From: Lama guanicoe
Lineage: Eukaryota
Assembly (NCBI GenBank): GCA_013239625.1
Contig: MU053584.1
Location: 1 to 64,000 of the forward strand
Length of the DNA stretch: 64,000 bases
Direction: 5' to 3'
Positions 50,290 through 62,948 of this stretch are shown one piece after another. The notes under the pieces are model-generated. The model was not told where the DNA came from, ran no database searches, and saw nothing but the letters and a program-made list of their open reading frames with translations. Positions within the stretch are counted from its first letter, which is position 1; every line of letters begins with the position of its first letter. The position numbers and the translations under genes are program-made.

Positions 50290-52215
50290 ATTTTGTTTGA
50301 ATGTGTACATCATAGTCATTCAGATATATATATATGTGTGTGTGTGTGTGTGTTCCTTTTCACATTCTATTTCATTATGGTTTGTTACAGGATATTGCAA
50401 AAGTTTCCCTGTGCTGTATAGTAGGACCTTGTTTTTTATTTATTTTATATGTAGTAGTTTGTATCTGCTCACCCAAAACTGCTAATTTGTCCTCCCTCTT
50501 GCTTTCCACTTGGTAATCATAAGTTTGTTTTTTATGTCTGTGAGTCTCTGTTTTGTAAATAAGTTAATTTGTGGCATATTTTAGATTCCACATAAGTGAT
50601 ATCATATGGTATTTATCTTTATCTAACCAACTTACTTAGTGTGTCCATCCATGTTGCTGCAAATGGTATCATTTCATTCTTTATTATGGCTGAGTAGTAT
50701 TCTAGTGTGTGTGTGTGTGTGTATACATAGATGTATATATAAAACACTTATCCATTTATCTAACAAGGGACATGTAAGTTGCTTCCCTGTCTTGGCTGCT
50801 GTAAATAGCGCTGCTTGAACATTGGGATGTGTGTGTCTTTTTAATTTAGTGTTTTCTCTGGATAAGCCCAGGAATGGGATTGTTGGATCACCTGATAGCT
50901 CTATTTTTAGTTTTTTAAGGAACTTCCATACCATTTTCCTTAGTGGTTGTACCAATTTGCAATCCCACCAACAGTGTAGGAGGGTTCCCTTTTGCCCAGT
51001 GTCTCCAGCATTTATTATTTGTAGACATTTTAATGATGGCCATTCTGACTGGTGTGAGGTGATACCTCATTGTAGTTTTGATGTGAATTCCTCTAATAAT
51101 TAGCAGTGTTCATCATCTTTTCATGTGCCTGTTGGCCATTTGTAGTTTTCTTTGGAGAAATGACTAGGTCTTCAGCCTATTTTAGAGTTTGGGTCATTTG
51201 TTTTGTTGTTGTTGAGTTTTATGTGCTATTTGTGTATTTCAGAAATTAAGCCTTTTTTGGTCACATTGATTGTAAATATTTTCTTTGATTTTGTAGTTTG
51301 TCTTTTCATTTTCTTTATGGTTTGCTTTGCTGTGCAAAAACTTAGGTTTGATTAGGTCGCATTTGTTTATTTGTGCTTTTATTTCTTGCCTTAGGAGACT
51401 GACCTAAGAACACATTGCTACAGTTTATGTCAAAGAATGTTTTGCCTGTGTTCTCTTCTAGGAGTTCATGGTGTCATGTCTTACATTTCAGCCTTTAAGC
51501 CATTTTGAGTTTATTTTTGTGTATGGTGTGAGGGAGTGTCCTAACTTCATTCATTTCCATGCTGCTGTCCAGTTTTCCCAACACTACTTGCTGAAGAGAC
51601 TGTCTTTTCTCCATTGTATATTCTTGCCTCCTTTGTCGACGATGAATTTACTGTAGGTCTGCATGTTTACTTCTGGGCTTTCTTTTCTATTCCATTGACC
51701 TATATGTCTGTTTTTATGCCAGTGCCACACTGTTTTGATTACTGTAGCTCTGTAGAATAGTCTGAAGTTTGGGAGGCTCATTCCTCCAGCTTCATTCTTT
51801 TTCTTCAATATTGCTTTGGCAATTCTGGGTCTTTTGTGATTCAACAGAAATTTTAGGATTATTTGTTCTAGTTCTGTGAAAAATGTCCTGGGTGACTTGA
51901 TAGGGATCACATTAAATCTGTAGATTGCCTTGAGTGGTATGGCCATTTTAGCAATGTTAATTTTTCCAGTCCAAGAGCATGGGATATCTTTCCATTTCTT
52001 TAAGGCATCTTTAATTTCTTTAATCCATGTTTTGTAGTTCTCCATGGATAAATCTTTCACCTGCTTGGTCAGACTTATTCCTCAGTATTTTATTGTTTAT
52101 TGGATATAATTTTAAAAGGGATTGTTTCTTTACTTTCTTTTCCTACTATTTCATTGTTAGTGTAAAGAAATGCACCTCATTTGTGCATGTTAATGTTATA
52201 TCCTGCCACCTTGCT
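50290..52215 (-). mobile_element. L1 3' fragment including an open ORF2 segment at 51584-52060
   Basis: [54 protein letters not shown]... is L1 ORF2. Confidence 0.93.
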
Positions 52216-52874
52216 ACATGTTTTTGTAGTTCTTCTCTGTCCTTCTTTCATACTCTTTTCTTATGGTTAGTTGATTTTCTTTATTGTTACATTTGTGTTT
52301 CTCTTACTTGTTTTTGCATAGCTAATGTAGGTTTTCAATTTATGGTTACCATGAGGTTCATATAAGTTGCTCTGTTACGTATCTGATTGTTTTAAAGAGA
52401 TTATCATTTAAGGTCCTATAAGTTCTAAAAGATCTGCTGTTTTACTCCCTCTCTCCTCTTTTTTTTAGTTTTATTTTTTACATCTTCATGTGCCTCCTAT
52501 AAGTGTTTATTGCAAGTATAGTTGTTTTTACAATTTTTGTTTTTTAGCCTTTGTAGCAGCTTCTTTAAGTGCTTGATTCACAGCTATTGCTCCATTTTTA
52601 CTTTAAAGTGGGATTTTCCTCTTTATATAAGTTCTTATTTCTTTTTCTTTTTCACATAAAGAAAACCTAATACTTCTTGTAACGTCAGTTTAGAATTGAT
52701 GAACACTTAGTTTTTACTCATCTGAGAAGCTCTTTAAGTCTCTTTCAGTTTTGATAAATAACTTTGCTGAGTAGGTAGCCTGGATTCTAGGTTTTTCCCT
52801 TTGAGTGCTTTAAGTATATCATGGCTATTCCTTCTGTCCTGTAATGACTGCTAAAAGCTAGCTGATAGGCTTCC

Positions 52875-53178
52875 ATGAGCTCACCTCTCCTTGTGACTAC
52901 AGTGAAACCACAACTGACTGCTAAATAAGCATTGGATAAAAGACTGGAACCTAGCAAAAAAAGACCCTCAACTGGAAACGTAAAGAGGGAACCACAGCAG
53001 GATGGTGGGAGGGGCATTCTCATGATGTAGTTGGGCCCCATACCCCCCGGTGTGGGCAACTTACAAGCTGAAGAATAAGTCACAGAGAACCTCCCACAGG
53101 AGTGAGAGTTATAAGCCCAGCATCAGGCTCCCCAGCCTGGGGTTCTGGCGTTGGGAGGAGGAGGAGACCCCAGGACAT
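52875..53178 (+). mobile_element. L1 5'UTR-like fragment
   Basis: gagctcacct...gactggaacctagcaaaaaaagaccc...ctcccacaggagtgagagtt...catcaggctccccagcctgggg resembles artiodactyl L1 5' ends. Confidence 0.55.
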
Positions 53179-55105
53179 CTTTTTTTTTTTTTAATATTCT
53201 TTTTATTTTTTAATTTTACTGAGTTATAGTTAGTTTACACTGTTGTGTCAATTTCCAGTGTAGAGCACAATTTTTCAGTCATACATAAACATACATATAT
53301 TCATTGTCACATTCTTTTTCTCCATGAGATGCCACAGATCTATATATATTTCCCTGTGCTATACAATATAAACTTGTCTGTCTGTTCTATATATATCAGT
53401 CAGTATCTACAAATTTCAAACTCCCAGTCTGTCCCTTCCCACCCCCCTCGCCCCTGGCAACCACAAGTTTGTATTCTATGTCTATGAGTCTGTTTCTGTT
53501 TTATATTTAAGTTCATTTGTCTCCTTTTTTTTTTTAGATTCCACATATGAGTGATATCATATGATATTTTTCTGGCTTCACTTAGAATAACATTCTCCAG
53601 GGACATCCATGTTGCTGCAAATGGCATTGTGTTGTCATTTTTCATTGCTGAATAGTATTCCATTATATAAATATACCACAACTTCTTTATCCAGTCATCT
53701 GTCGATGGACATTTAGGCTGTTTCCATGTCTTGGCTATTGTAAATAGTGCTGCTGTGAACATTGGGGTGCACGTGTCTTTTTAAAGTAGGATTCCTTCTG
53801 GATATATGCCCAGGAGTAGGATTGCTGGGTCATATGGTAAGTCTATTCCTAGTCTTTTGAGGAATCTCCATCCTGTTTTCCACAGTGGCTGCACCAAACT
53901 GCATTCCCACTAGCAGTGTAGGAGGGTTCCTGTTTCTCCACAGCCTCTCCAGCATTTGTCATTTGTGGACCTTTGAATGATGGGCATTCTGACTGATGTG
54001 AGGTGAGAGCTGATTGGAGTTTTTGATTTGCATTTCTCTGATAGTTAGTGATATTGAGCAGTTTTTCATGTGCCTATTGATCATTCATATGTCTTCCTTG
54101 GAGAATTGCTTGTTTAGGTCTTCTGCCCATTTTTGGGTTGGGTTTTTTGTTTTTTTTCTTATTAAGTCATATGAGCTGCTTATATATTCTGGAGATCAAG
54201 CCTTTGTCAGTTGCATCTGTTGGAGATATTTTCTCCTATTCTGTAGGTTGTCATTTTGTTTTGCTTATGGGTTCCTTTGCTATGCAAAAGCTTATAAGTT
54301 TCATTAGGTCCTGCTTGTTTATTCTTACGTTTATTTCTGTTGCTTGGATAGACTGCCCTAGGAGCACATTGTTGAGATGTATGTGAGATAATGTTTTGCC
54401 TATGTTTCCTTCTAGGAGGTTTATTGTATCTTGTCTTACATTTGAGTCTTTGATCCATTTTGAATTTATTTTTGTGTATGGCGTAAGAAAGCTAGCTTCC
54501 TTGCTTCATTGCTTTACATGCTGCTGTCCAGTTTTCCCAGCACCATTTGCTGAAGAGACTGTCTTTATTCCATTGTATGTTCTTGCCTCCTTTGTCAAAG
54601 ATTAGTTGACCAAAAGTTTGTGGGTTCCTTTCTGGGCTCTCTGTTCTGTTCCGTTGGTCCGTATGTCTGTTTTTGTACCCATTGGTCCATATATCTGTTT
54701 TTGTACCAATAGCATGCTGTTTTGACTACTGTAGCTCTAATATTGTCTGAAGTCTAGGAGGGTTATTCCTTCAGCCTCTTTCTTTTCCTTCAGTAATGCT
54801 TTGGGAATTCTGGGACTTTTGTGATTCCATATAAATTTAATATGATTTGTTCTAGTTTTGTGAAATACGTCCTGGGTAGTTTGATAGGGGTCGCATTAAA
54901 TCTGTAGATTGCCTCGGGCAGTATGTTCATTTTAACAACACTGGTTCTTCCAATCCAGGAGCATGGGATATCTTTCTATTTTTTTAAGTCTTCTTTAATT
55001 TCCTTAATCAATGTTTTGTAGTTCTCCACGTGTAAGTCTTTCACCTCCTTGGTTAGATTTATTCCTGGGTATTTTATTCATTTGGGTGCTATTTTAAAAG
55101 CGACT
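53179..55105 (-). mobile_element. Younger L1 3' fragment with poly(A) tail (poly-T at 53179)
   Basis: MFTAALFTIAKTWKQPKCPSTDDWIKKLWYIYIMEYYSA is the ORF2 C-terminus. Contains a 28-bp internal tandem duplication at 54651-54706. Confidence 0.93.
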
Positions 55106-55569
55106 GCATAAGCTCTTTATGATTGTGTGGTTGTAATTGTGGGAGCAGCAACCAAAATAATGTATATAATAATAAATATTTCTTAATATATATCCAATAA
55201 ATTAAAGAAATATTGAGACAATACTACCAAAATAATATAATAACACCAGATATAAACGTGTGATAACAATTACATCAGATGCTTTGAGTAATGGTAGTAT
55301 GTATAAGTAGAGCTGTATTGTCAACCATAGAAGTAAAAGTTTCCTTAATGTTTCCTGTAGTAAAGTTATATTGTTTGCAGCAAACAATAATAACTTACAA
55401 TACCATTTTTTGTTTGATGATTTCTGTAAAATTAAATTTAAAAATCACATCTGTCTAAGGATTAGATAGAAGTGGCTAAGTTGCTGTTTGGTTGCTTAAC
55501 TTTCTTTTTACTGTTCCTTTCTTGTACAGTCTTATGCCTATCACAATATTTAAGCATCCATTTTTCAGG

Positions 55570-55800
55570 CAGGGAGGGCTAAATGAGGGATTGGGGATTA
55601 ACACACAAGTTAGTATATATAAAACAGATAAACAACAAGGACCTACTGTAGAGCACAGGGAACTGTGGTGAAATATTTGTCATATAAAGTGGAAAAGACT
55701 CTGAAAAGAAAAAATATAGATGTATGTATATGCATAACTGAATCATTTTGCTATACGCCAGAAACTAACATTGTAAGTCAACTATGCTTCAATAGAAGTT
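55570..55800 (+). mobile_element. L1 3' terminus
   Basis: aaaacagataaacaacaaggacctactgtagagcacagggaact...aacattgtaagtcaactatgcttcaat. Confidence 0.85.
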
Positions 55801-56909
55801 TTTTTAAAAATTCCACTTTTGTATATAACTGAGAAAGTAAGTTGAAGATCACATGAACTTCTGTGTTTTCATCAAGGGCAGCCATTTGTGTAAATGCACC
55901 TGCATATTCCCACTGGTAGTTTTTGATATTCAAGGGAAAGGCAACTCAAAACACCAACAGCTCTTTGTAAAAAAGTAACAATGATTGTGGTTTCAGTAGG
56001 GGTTTTTACAAACTTCTCTTTAACTCTATGCCTGAATTATATGACACAGAGAATACTAAAATAAAGTTCTCTGTGTTAGTAAGTGATTTCTCCCAATGGT
56101 TCAACTGTTGTACTTTAAAAATTAAATGGAAAAGCATTAAAGGAATTTAAATATGAATTGTATTGGGTGTGCATTAATCATTAAGTATGAAAGATGGACG
56201 GGGTATTCTTATTAAGTAAATATTCTAGCATTACCCTTCATAGACAGACAACTGTTAAAGATGGATGAAGCAGAAATAAAAATAAAATCTTGAAGATTCT
56301 GAAAGACCTTAGAAATACTGTGTATTCAATAAGCAGTGCATTAGGCTTAAAGTATCAGAGCCTTAAAATATAGTTAATTTATTGATAATAGAAATCTTTA
56401 AAACAGGTATCAGTGAATGCCATTTGGGTACATCTTATTATTTATGTGCAAAGTACTTTTCACCAAGCTAATACCTGTCCATCCAATAAATAACAAAATA
56501 ATAAAGGATTATTTGTTTCATTCAAGACAAGTAAGATACTTGCTTTCCATAGATGCTTTTCCCAGTTTGCAAAATTCTTCCCCAAACCCAGTGCTGCTTC
56601 TTGTAACTTCAAATAAATACACGTGAATATTGAGATTCGTATTACCTAAGTGACTTGCCAGAGTTTTCACAACCAACAATTACAACAGGATGAGTATTGA
56701 AATTTCTATCAATTCACCATAATATGTAGGATTTTCACTTTGTTTTCAACCCCAGTTTTTATCAGAGAGTCTGGATCAAATTGGTCTTAGTAATATGTTG
56801 GATTGAGGTGGACTTCTAGGATTGGTTAACTGTTTACAGAATAAATAATGTCTAGGCTAATTACTAACTGGGAAAATCAGGTAAAAAGATGGTAAAATCT
56901 CATTCATTG

Positions 56910-58800
56910 ATTTTTATTTTTACATTTAAAATTTCAGTATTAGTAAAGCATAATTGACAGACACGTGTAGAAAACATACTGTATGTCACAGTGGTTTGAT
57001 ACACATACTCACAGTAACAGGATTCTCTCCATGTAGTTAATTAACACACATCAGCTCAAATATTTGTCTTTTTTGTTGTTGTTGTTGGTTGAGAAGACAT
57101 AGTTTCTACTCTTAAAAAGCATTAATTATACAGTAAGTGTTGTCAACTATAGTCACCATATGTAACATTAGATCCTCAAAGCTTATTCTTCTCATTGCTG
57201 AAAGTTTCTAGCCTTTTACCAGCCTCTCATTATTTCCCCACCCTCCATTCACTGGCAGTCACTTTTCTACTCTCTATTTCTTTGAAATTCACTTTTTCTT
57301 TTTTAGATTTCTCATCTGCCTGATACCACGCAGTCTGGCTTATTTATTTTGCATAATGCCCTCAAGTTCCATCCGTGTTGTTTGGAAAATAGGAGGCTTT
57401 CCTTCTTTGTCATGGCTGGTTAATATTCCACTTGAGTGTGTGTGACTTCCATATCCGTGCATCCTTGGGTGGTCATTTAGTTTCTGTCTCTTGACTATCG
57501 GGAATAATGCCGCATGACAATGGGTGTGCAGATACCTCTCTGAATTCTGTTTTCACTTTCTGTGGATGTACACCCAGAAGTGGAATTGCTGAATCATATG
57601 ATAGTTCTGTTTTTAATTTTTTTTAAGGAACCTCCATACTGTTTTCCATAATGGCTATACGAACTTACATTTCCACCAACAGTGTATGTGGGTTTCCTAA
57701 TCTCTGCATCCTCTCCAACTCAGGTTGTGTCTGTCTTTTTGATGACAGCCACTCTAACGGGTGTGAGGTGATACCTCTTTGTCACTTTGATGTGCATTTC
57801 CCTGATGATTAGTGACGTGGAGCAGCATTTTATGTCCCTACTGGCCATTTGTATGTCTTCTTTGGAAAAATATTTATTCAGTTCCTTTGCACATTTATTA
57901 ATCATATTGTTTGTTTTTTTGGATTGAGTTGTATGAGTTCGTGTATTTTGGATATTAGTCCTTATCAGTGATATAATTTGCCAATATTTTTTCTCATTCC
58001 ATAGGTTGCCTTTTCATTTTTTATTATTCTGTTTGCCGTGCAGAAATTGTGAAGTTTGATGTAGTTACTTATTTTTGCTTGTATTGTCTTTGCTTTTGGT
58101 GTGAAATTTGAAGAATCATAACCAAGATCAATGTCAAGAAATTTACTGATGTGTTTTCTCATAGGAGTTTGATAATTTCAGGTTTTCCGTTCAAATCTTT
58201 AAACCATTTTGGTTGATTTTTGTCAATGGTATAAAATAGGGTCTGGTTTCACTCTTTGCAGGTTTCTGTCCATTTTGTTCAACACCATTGATTGAAGAGG
58301 CTGTCCTTTCCCCACACCCTTCTTGGCTTCTTGGTCATAAACCAATTGATCACTGATATGCAGGTTTAATTCTGGGCTCTCTGTTCTATTGCGTTGATCT
58401 ATTTGTCCTTATTAAGGTCTGTATTATATTGTTTTGATTATTGTAGCTCTGTAGCATTTTAAATCAACGTGATACCTTTAGCTTTGTTCATCTTTCTCAA
58501 GATTGTTTTTTAAGATTGCTACTTGGGTCTTTTGTGGCTTAATACACATTTTAGGATTGTTTGTTCTGTTTCTGGGGGATATCTCATTGGAATTTTAGTA
58601 GAGATTACATTGAACCTGTAGATTGCTTCAAGTGACATGAACATTTTAACAATATGAATTCTTCCAATCCACGAGCCCAAAATAACTTTTCATTTATTGT
58701 TGTCCTCAGTTTTTTCATCAGTGCCTTACAGTTAATAGTGTGAAGATCTCTCACCTTCTGTGTTAAGTTTATTCCTAGGTATTTTATTTTGATGCAATCA
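56910..58800 (-). mobile_element. L1 (L1MA-like) 3' fragment
   Basis: [48 protein letters not shown] on the minus strand. Confidence 0.9.
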
Positions 58801-59044
58801 TAATTTAAGCTAAAGCTCAGGCTGCGTTTTGTGCAGCTCTTACCTCCATTGTATTGGATCGGCCCTCTGGCTGTTCAGCAGAGCACCATTTCCCAAGGGA
58901 GGTTGATCACATAATGATCATGTAGTTTTATTGCTGTTTTGTTCAATATGAATGCTTTAATAAGTGGTTTTAAATAATACATAGTTTAAAGCTTATGTTA
59001 TACATACTAAGTCTATATCTACTGTATATGTTTTATATAAATAC

Positions 59045-59106
59045 GTGTGTGTGTGTGAGTGTGTGTATACACACACACTCACACACACACACACACACAC
59101 ATACAC
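59045..59106. repeat. (GT)n/(AC)n compound microsatellite forming a perfect 22-bp inverted repeat
   Basis: 59045-59066 is the exact reverse complement of 59071-59092. Confidence 0.95.
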
Positions 59107-59539
59107 TAAATATATTCATTTAGTACATTAGTAAGGTAGGTAGTTTCAAGAATCAAATACTGTCTTTTTGGTCCAAAACAAAACGCTGGTTTGACTAGTA
59201 ACATTTACTATACGCTGAATTTCTTCATTCTGGTAAGATAAGTGCAGTTTTCTCATTCATTCCATCAAGTTACTTGGTGAATCTCTACCTAGGAACAATC
59301 TGTTTCTTCTTAGGAAAGTCATTAAAAATTTTTTCGTGCCCTTGGTTGCCCTTCATGCACCCTCTCTTCCGTCTACAGTGTTAAATACTTCTAAAATTCC
59401 ATAGTCCGCCATGCCTTAAAAAGAGAAGAAAGCCTCTTCCAACACTGAAGTATTTTATGTAGATGATCCAGCTTCTCATAAAGATTCTCTCTGATTATAT
59501 AGCTTATTAAAAGTAGAGAATAACTTCACAGACTGCCTG

Positions 59540-60290
59540 AGAAAGACTGTCTTTACTCCACTGTATGTATTTGACTCATTTGTCAAAGATTAATTGACCA
59601 AAAGTTTGTGGATTTATTTCTGGGCTCTCTCTTCTGTTCCATTGATCCATATGTCTGGTTTTGTACCAATACCATGCTGTCTTGATGACTGTAGCTGTAT
59701 AGGAATGTCTGAAGTCTGCGAGTCATTTCTACAGCTTCGTTCTTTTTCTTCAGTATTGCTTTGGCAATTCTGGGTCTTTTGTGATTCCATTTAAATTTTA
59801 GTATAATTTATTCTAGTTCTGTGAAAAGTGTCCTGGGTAATTTAATATGAATGGGATTTTAAAACTGTAGATTGCTTTGTGTAGTATGGCCATCTTAATA
59901 TTAATTCTTTGAATCTAAGAACATGGGATGTCTTTCCATTTCTTTCGGTCATATTTAATTTCCTTAGTCAGTGTTTTGTGCTTCTCCACATACGTCTTTC
60001 ACTTCCTTGGTCAGGTTTATTGCTAAATATTTTATTTTTTTGAATGCAATTTTAAAAGGGATTGTTTCTTTACTTTCCTTTTCTGATAGAGATTTGCAGA
60101 TACTAACTGATACGTATAGAAAAGATAAACAAGTTCATGCTGTATCTCGCAGGGAACTATATCCAATACATTGCAGTAACTTATGATGAAACAGAATATG
60201 AAAACAAATACACGTATGTTCATATATGAGTGAAGCATTGTGCTTTGCACCAGAAATTGACACAACATTGTGAACTTACTATCCTTCAAT
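59540..60290. mobile_element. L1 with a minus-strand ORF2 piece (59540-60084) fused to a plus-strand 3' terminus (60085-60290)
   Basis: Orientation switches at about 60085. The plus-strand part is the reverse complement of the kind of sequence seen at 53230-53420. Confidence 0.75.
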
Positions 60291-60379
60291 AATATATGTG
60301 TGTATGTATGTGTGTGTGTGTGTACACATATACACAAACAATAAGACAGGATCCCAGGAGGCCTCAGTGCACTTGTCCC

Positions 60380-60600
60380 AGCCCTTAGAAACCATGATTA
60401 TGTGGCAAAGTCCCCATTTAGCATATATCCAGTATTGACCAGATGACATTCAAACAATTCAGTGCAAATTCTTTCCAATCCTGGCATTGCCCAGGTGTCC
60501 TTGACCCTCACTGGCAGGTGGGCACAAATGGACTCACGTGCACATTGACAGTGGGATCTCACCGGCTTGAGCAGGAATGTGCGCAGGAACTCCCTTTGCA
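60380..60600 (-). mobile_element. Possible ERVL/MaLR internal (gag-like) remnant
   Basis: Minus-strand EFLRTFLLKP..ESICAHL..VRVKDT and MGTLPHNHGF loosely resemble recalled ERVL gag motifs (RVWD, MGxLSRDSGF). Confidence 0.35.
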
Positions 60601-61682
60601 AGATAATCTTGGGAGGCCTCAAGAAAGTGGTTTCCCAGCGTCCACACCCATCTAGGCATTGCCAGCAGTCCTATCTCTGGCCATCTCTCTAGTTGCAGCT
60701 CTACCACTGAGGTACCACTATGCCTAGCTGTGTGCCCACCAGCAGCATCGGTCCTTAAGAGCTCAGCTGTTTCTGGAAGGGGGAAGACAAACATTCCCTC
60801 CCTTGGTGGTAAACTCAGTTATAGGGGTCTCAGGCTGGGTTGCTCAGGCCCTGGATGTCAGTGAATTACTGAGATGACATTTGTTCACCCACGCTCTCCA
60901 CTGGATCGGGGGAGCTCAGGCAGTTCAGCTGCAGTAGTAGCTATTCCACTGGCCCTAAACTCCTATTCTGCACCCAACCACAGCAGACCTGGGCTGGCCG
61001 TGCACCGGGGGCCTGGCCTTCATATACCCTATTCCTGAAGTTAGGTGATTCTCTGCCCATCTTGTATGCTCTGACCTCTAACCAAGGGATCCCAATATAT
61101 ATCTCATCTGCACAACACACTGACCAAACTTCAGCTCCAGCCCAGTTTCCCCATTGCCTGAAACCATCTTAGTGCTTAGTATTATTATCCTGGTTTAATT
61201 TTTTTTTTAAGATAAACTGAAGCCTAGTAGGTTTTAAGTAGCTTTTCAGAGATGATATAGGAAGCAGTGGAACAGGAATTGAAAACTTGATATCTCTTGA
61301 GAGAACTTGAACGTCTTTGTCCTTCTCACTCCTGCATGTTGTACCCAGATGCCTGTTACTCTGTCTGACTTTCCCTCATCACCTGGGGAAGGCTTACTCT
61401 AACCTGTCCCAAGAGCAAACCCCAGATGCCCACTACAGAGAGACTAAGGTAGGGGTGGAGCGAAAGGGCTAAGCAGAGGACAGAAGGAGCCAGTGAGCCT
61501 GGGAGTGGGGCCTCGACTGCCACTGAAGTCACCGGCAGGGAGAGGGACTAGAAAGGTCTGTCTTCAGGGACTCCCTGCCCTCCCAAATGGTGCGCTGGCA
61601 TGGGCTGCTAGTGCTCATTGCCAAAGTCAAACACAGACAAGCTACGGAGGTGAGAAGAAACTAACAGAAATCATACGCTTCT

Positions 61683-61870
61683 GGTTTCTAGTCTAGGGTA
61701 CGAGGAGCTTGGAAGTCATCCCTCCCATCCTCAAAACAAGAAAAGATGAACAGACCGAAAAGAAACAACTCTTCCTAGACCCATCAGAGAACTGAGGTCA
61801 CAGGGCAAACCACTGCCCTGAGAATTGGAGAAGCAGGCAGATGCTTTATACGGTATTATCAGAGAAGCCC
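61683..61870 (+). mobile_element. Old L1 (L1MC/MD-like) 5' end fragment
   Basis: ggagcttggaagtcatc...caactcttcctagacccatcagagaactgaggtcacagggcaaaccactgccc. Confidence 0.55.
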
Positions 61871-62204
61871 AGGCCCAGTGTAGGCAGGGACTGGAACCAG
61901 CACTGTGACACGCAGGCCCCAGGTCCAGCTTCTCCACGGGATGAGCATTCCAGATGAGGGGAGCACTCCAGATGAGGGAAGCACCAGCCTCTCTCCTGCT
62001 GGTCAGGGCTGGCACAAGCTGTGGTTGCCGCTGTAATGCTCAGCAGACCCATGGCTGAGTCAATGAGTAGCACTTACCAGCCTTGACACCTGTGTGCCTT
62101 GGCTGCGGTCAGTGCCCATGAAGTCTTGAGGAAGGCCAGTCTTCCTCCTGCAGGGAGGCAATCTTCAATAAGTAAACCTTGCCCTCTCGTTACTTCAAGA
62201 ATCA

Positions 62205-62948
62205 AAACCCAGCCATGACAATCTCAGGTATACAGCTATGAGAAATGAAAACATATTTCCCCACAAAAGCTTGTATACAAATATTCACAGCAGAACCTTA
62301 TGATATAATGCATAATTGTGAGAAAAGTGGGAAATAAGGTATATTTTCATTTTTGCTTGTATCTGAAACATTGGAAATACCATATAAGAAACGAAGTAGT
62401 TATCTAATGATGGTAGGGGAACTAAGGTGTCATAAGGGTGGAAGTGAAACTTCTCAATGTACAGCATTCTGTTATTTTAACTTTAAATTGTGAATGTGTT
62501 CTAAATTTGAAACATGTTTAGAAAACCATAGGAATTATAGTCACCAACTATACTTGAAATATTGGAAGCATGAACAATGTTTTTAAAATATATAACTATT
62601 CAAAATTTGAGTTGGGGAGAACAGTGGTAGAAGAGAATCTGTTAAATTTTCAAAACAGACTCAATAGATAATTTCTAAATTGGAAATACAGAATTTAGAA
62701 AATACATAATGTCTTTAATTTATTTCACAACCTCTTAATGCATTTCATAATTTTATTTACTTACTGATTTCCCATCACAAAGATACATTCATTTGAAATG
62801 CAGTAATTTCTCCAGTTTTGTTTTAGTTTTTTTCTTCTATTAAGTTCAAATAAAATTACAATGAACAATTTTGGTGTAAAAAAAAAACTTGTATACAAAT
62901 ATTCATAGCAGAATTAATCCTAATAGGCAAAAAGGTTACAAATCTGTA
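62205..62948 (+). mobile_element. L1 ORF2-end fragment interrupted by a poly(A)-tailed insertion with 26-bp flanking direct repeats
   Basis: gagaaatgaaaacatatt..cacaaaagcttgtatacaaatattca.agcag is L1 text. The repeat lies at 62270-62295 and 62888-62913. Confidence 0.7.

Noticed and set aside
51584..52060. 158-aa ORF as a host gene
   Set aside because: It is an L1 ORF2 fragment.
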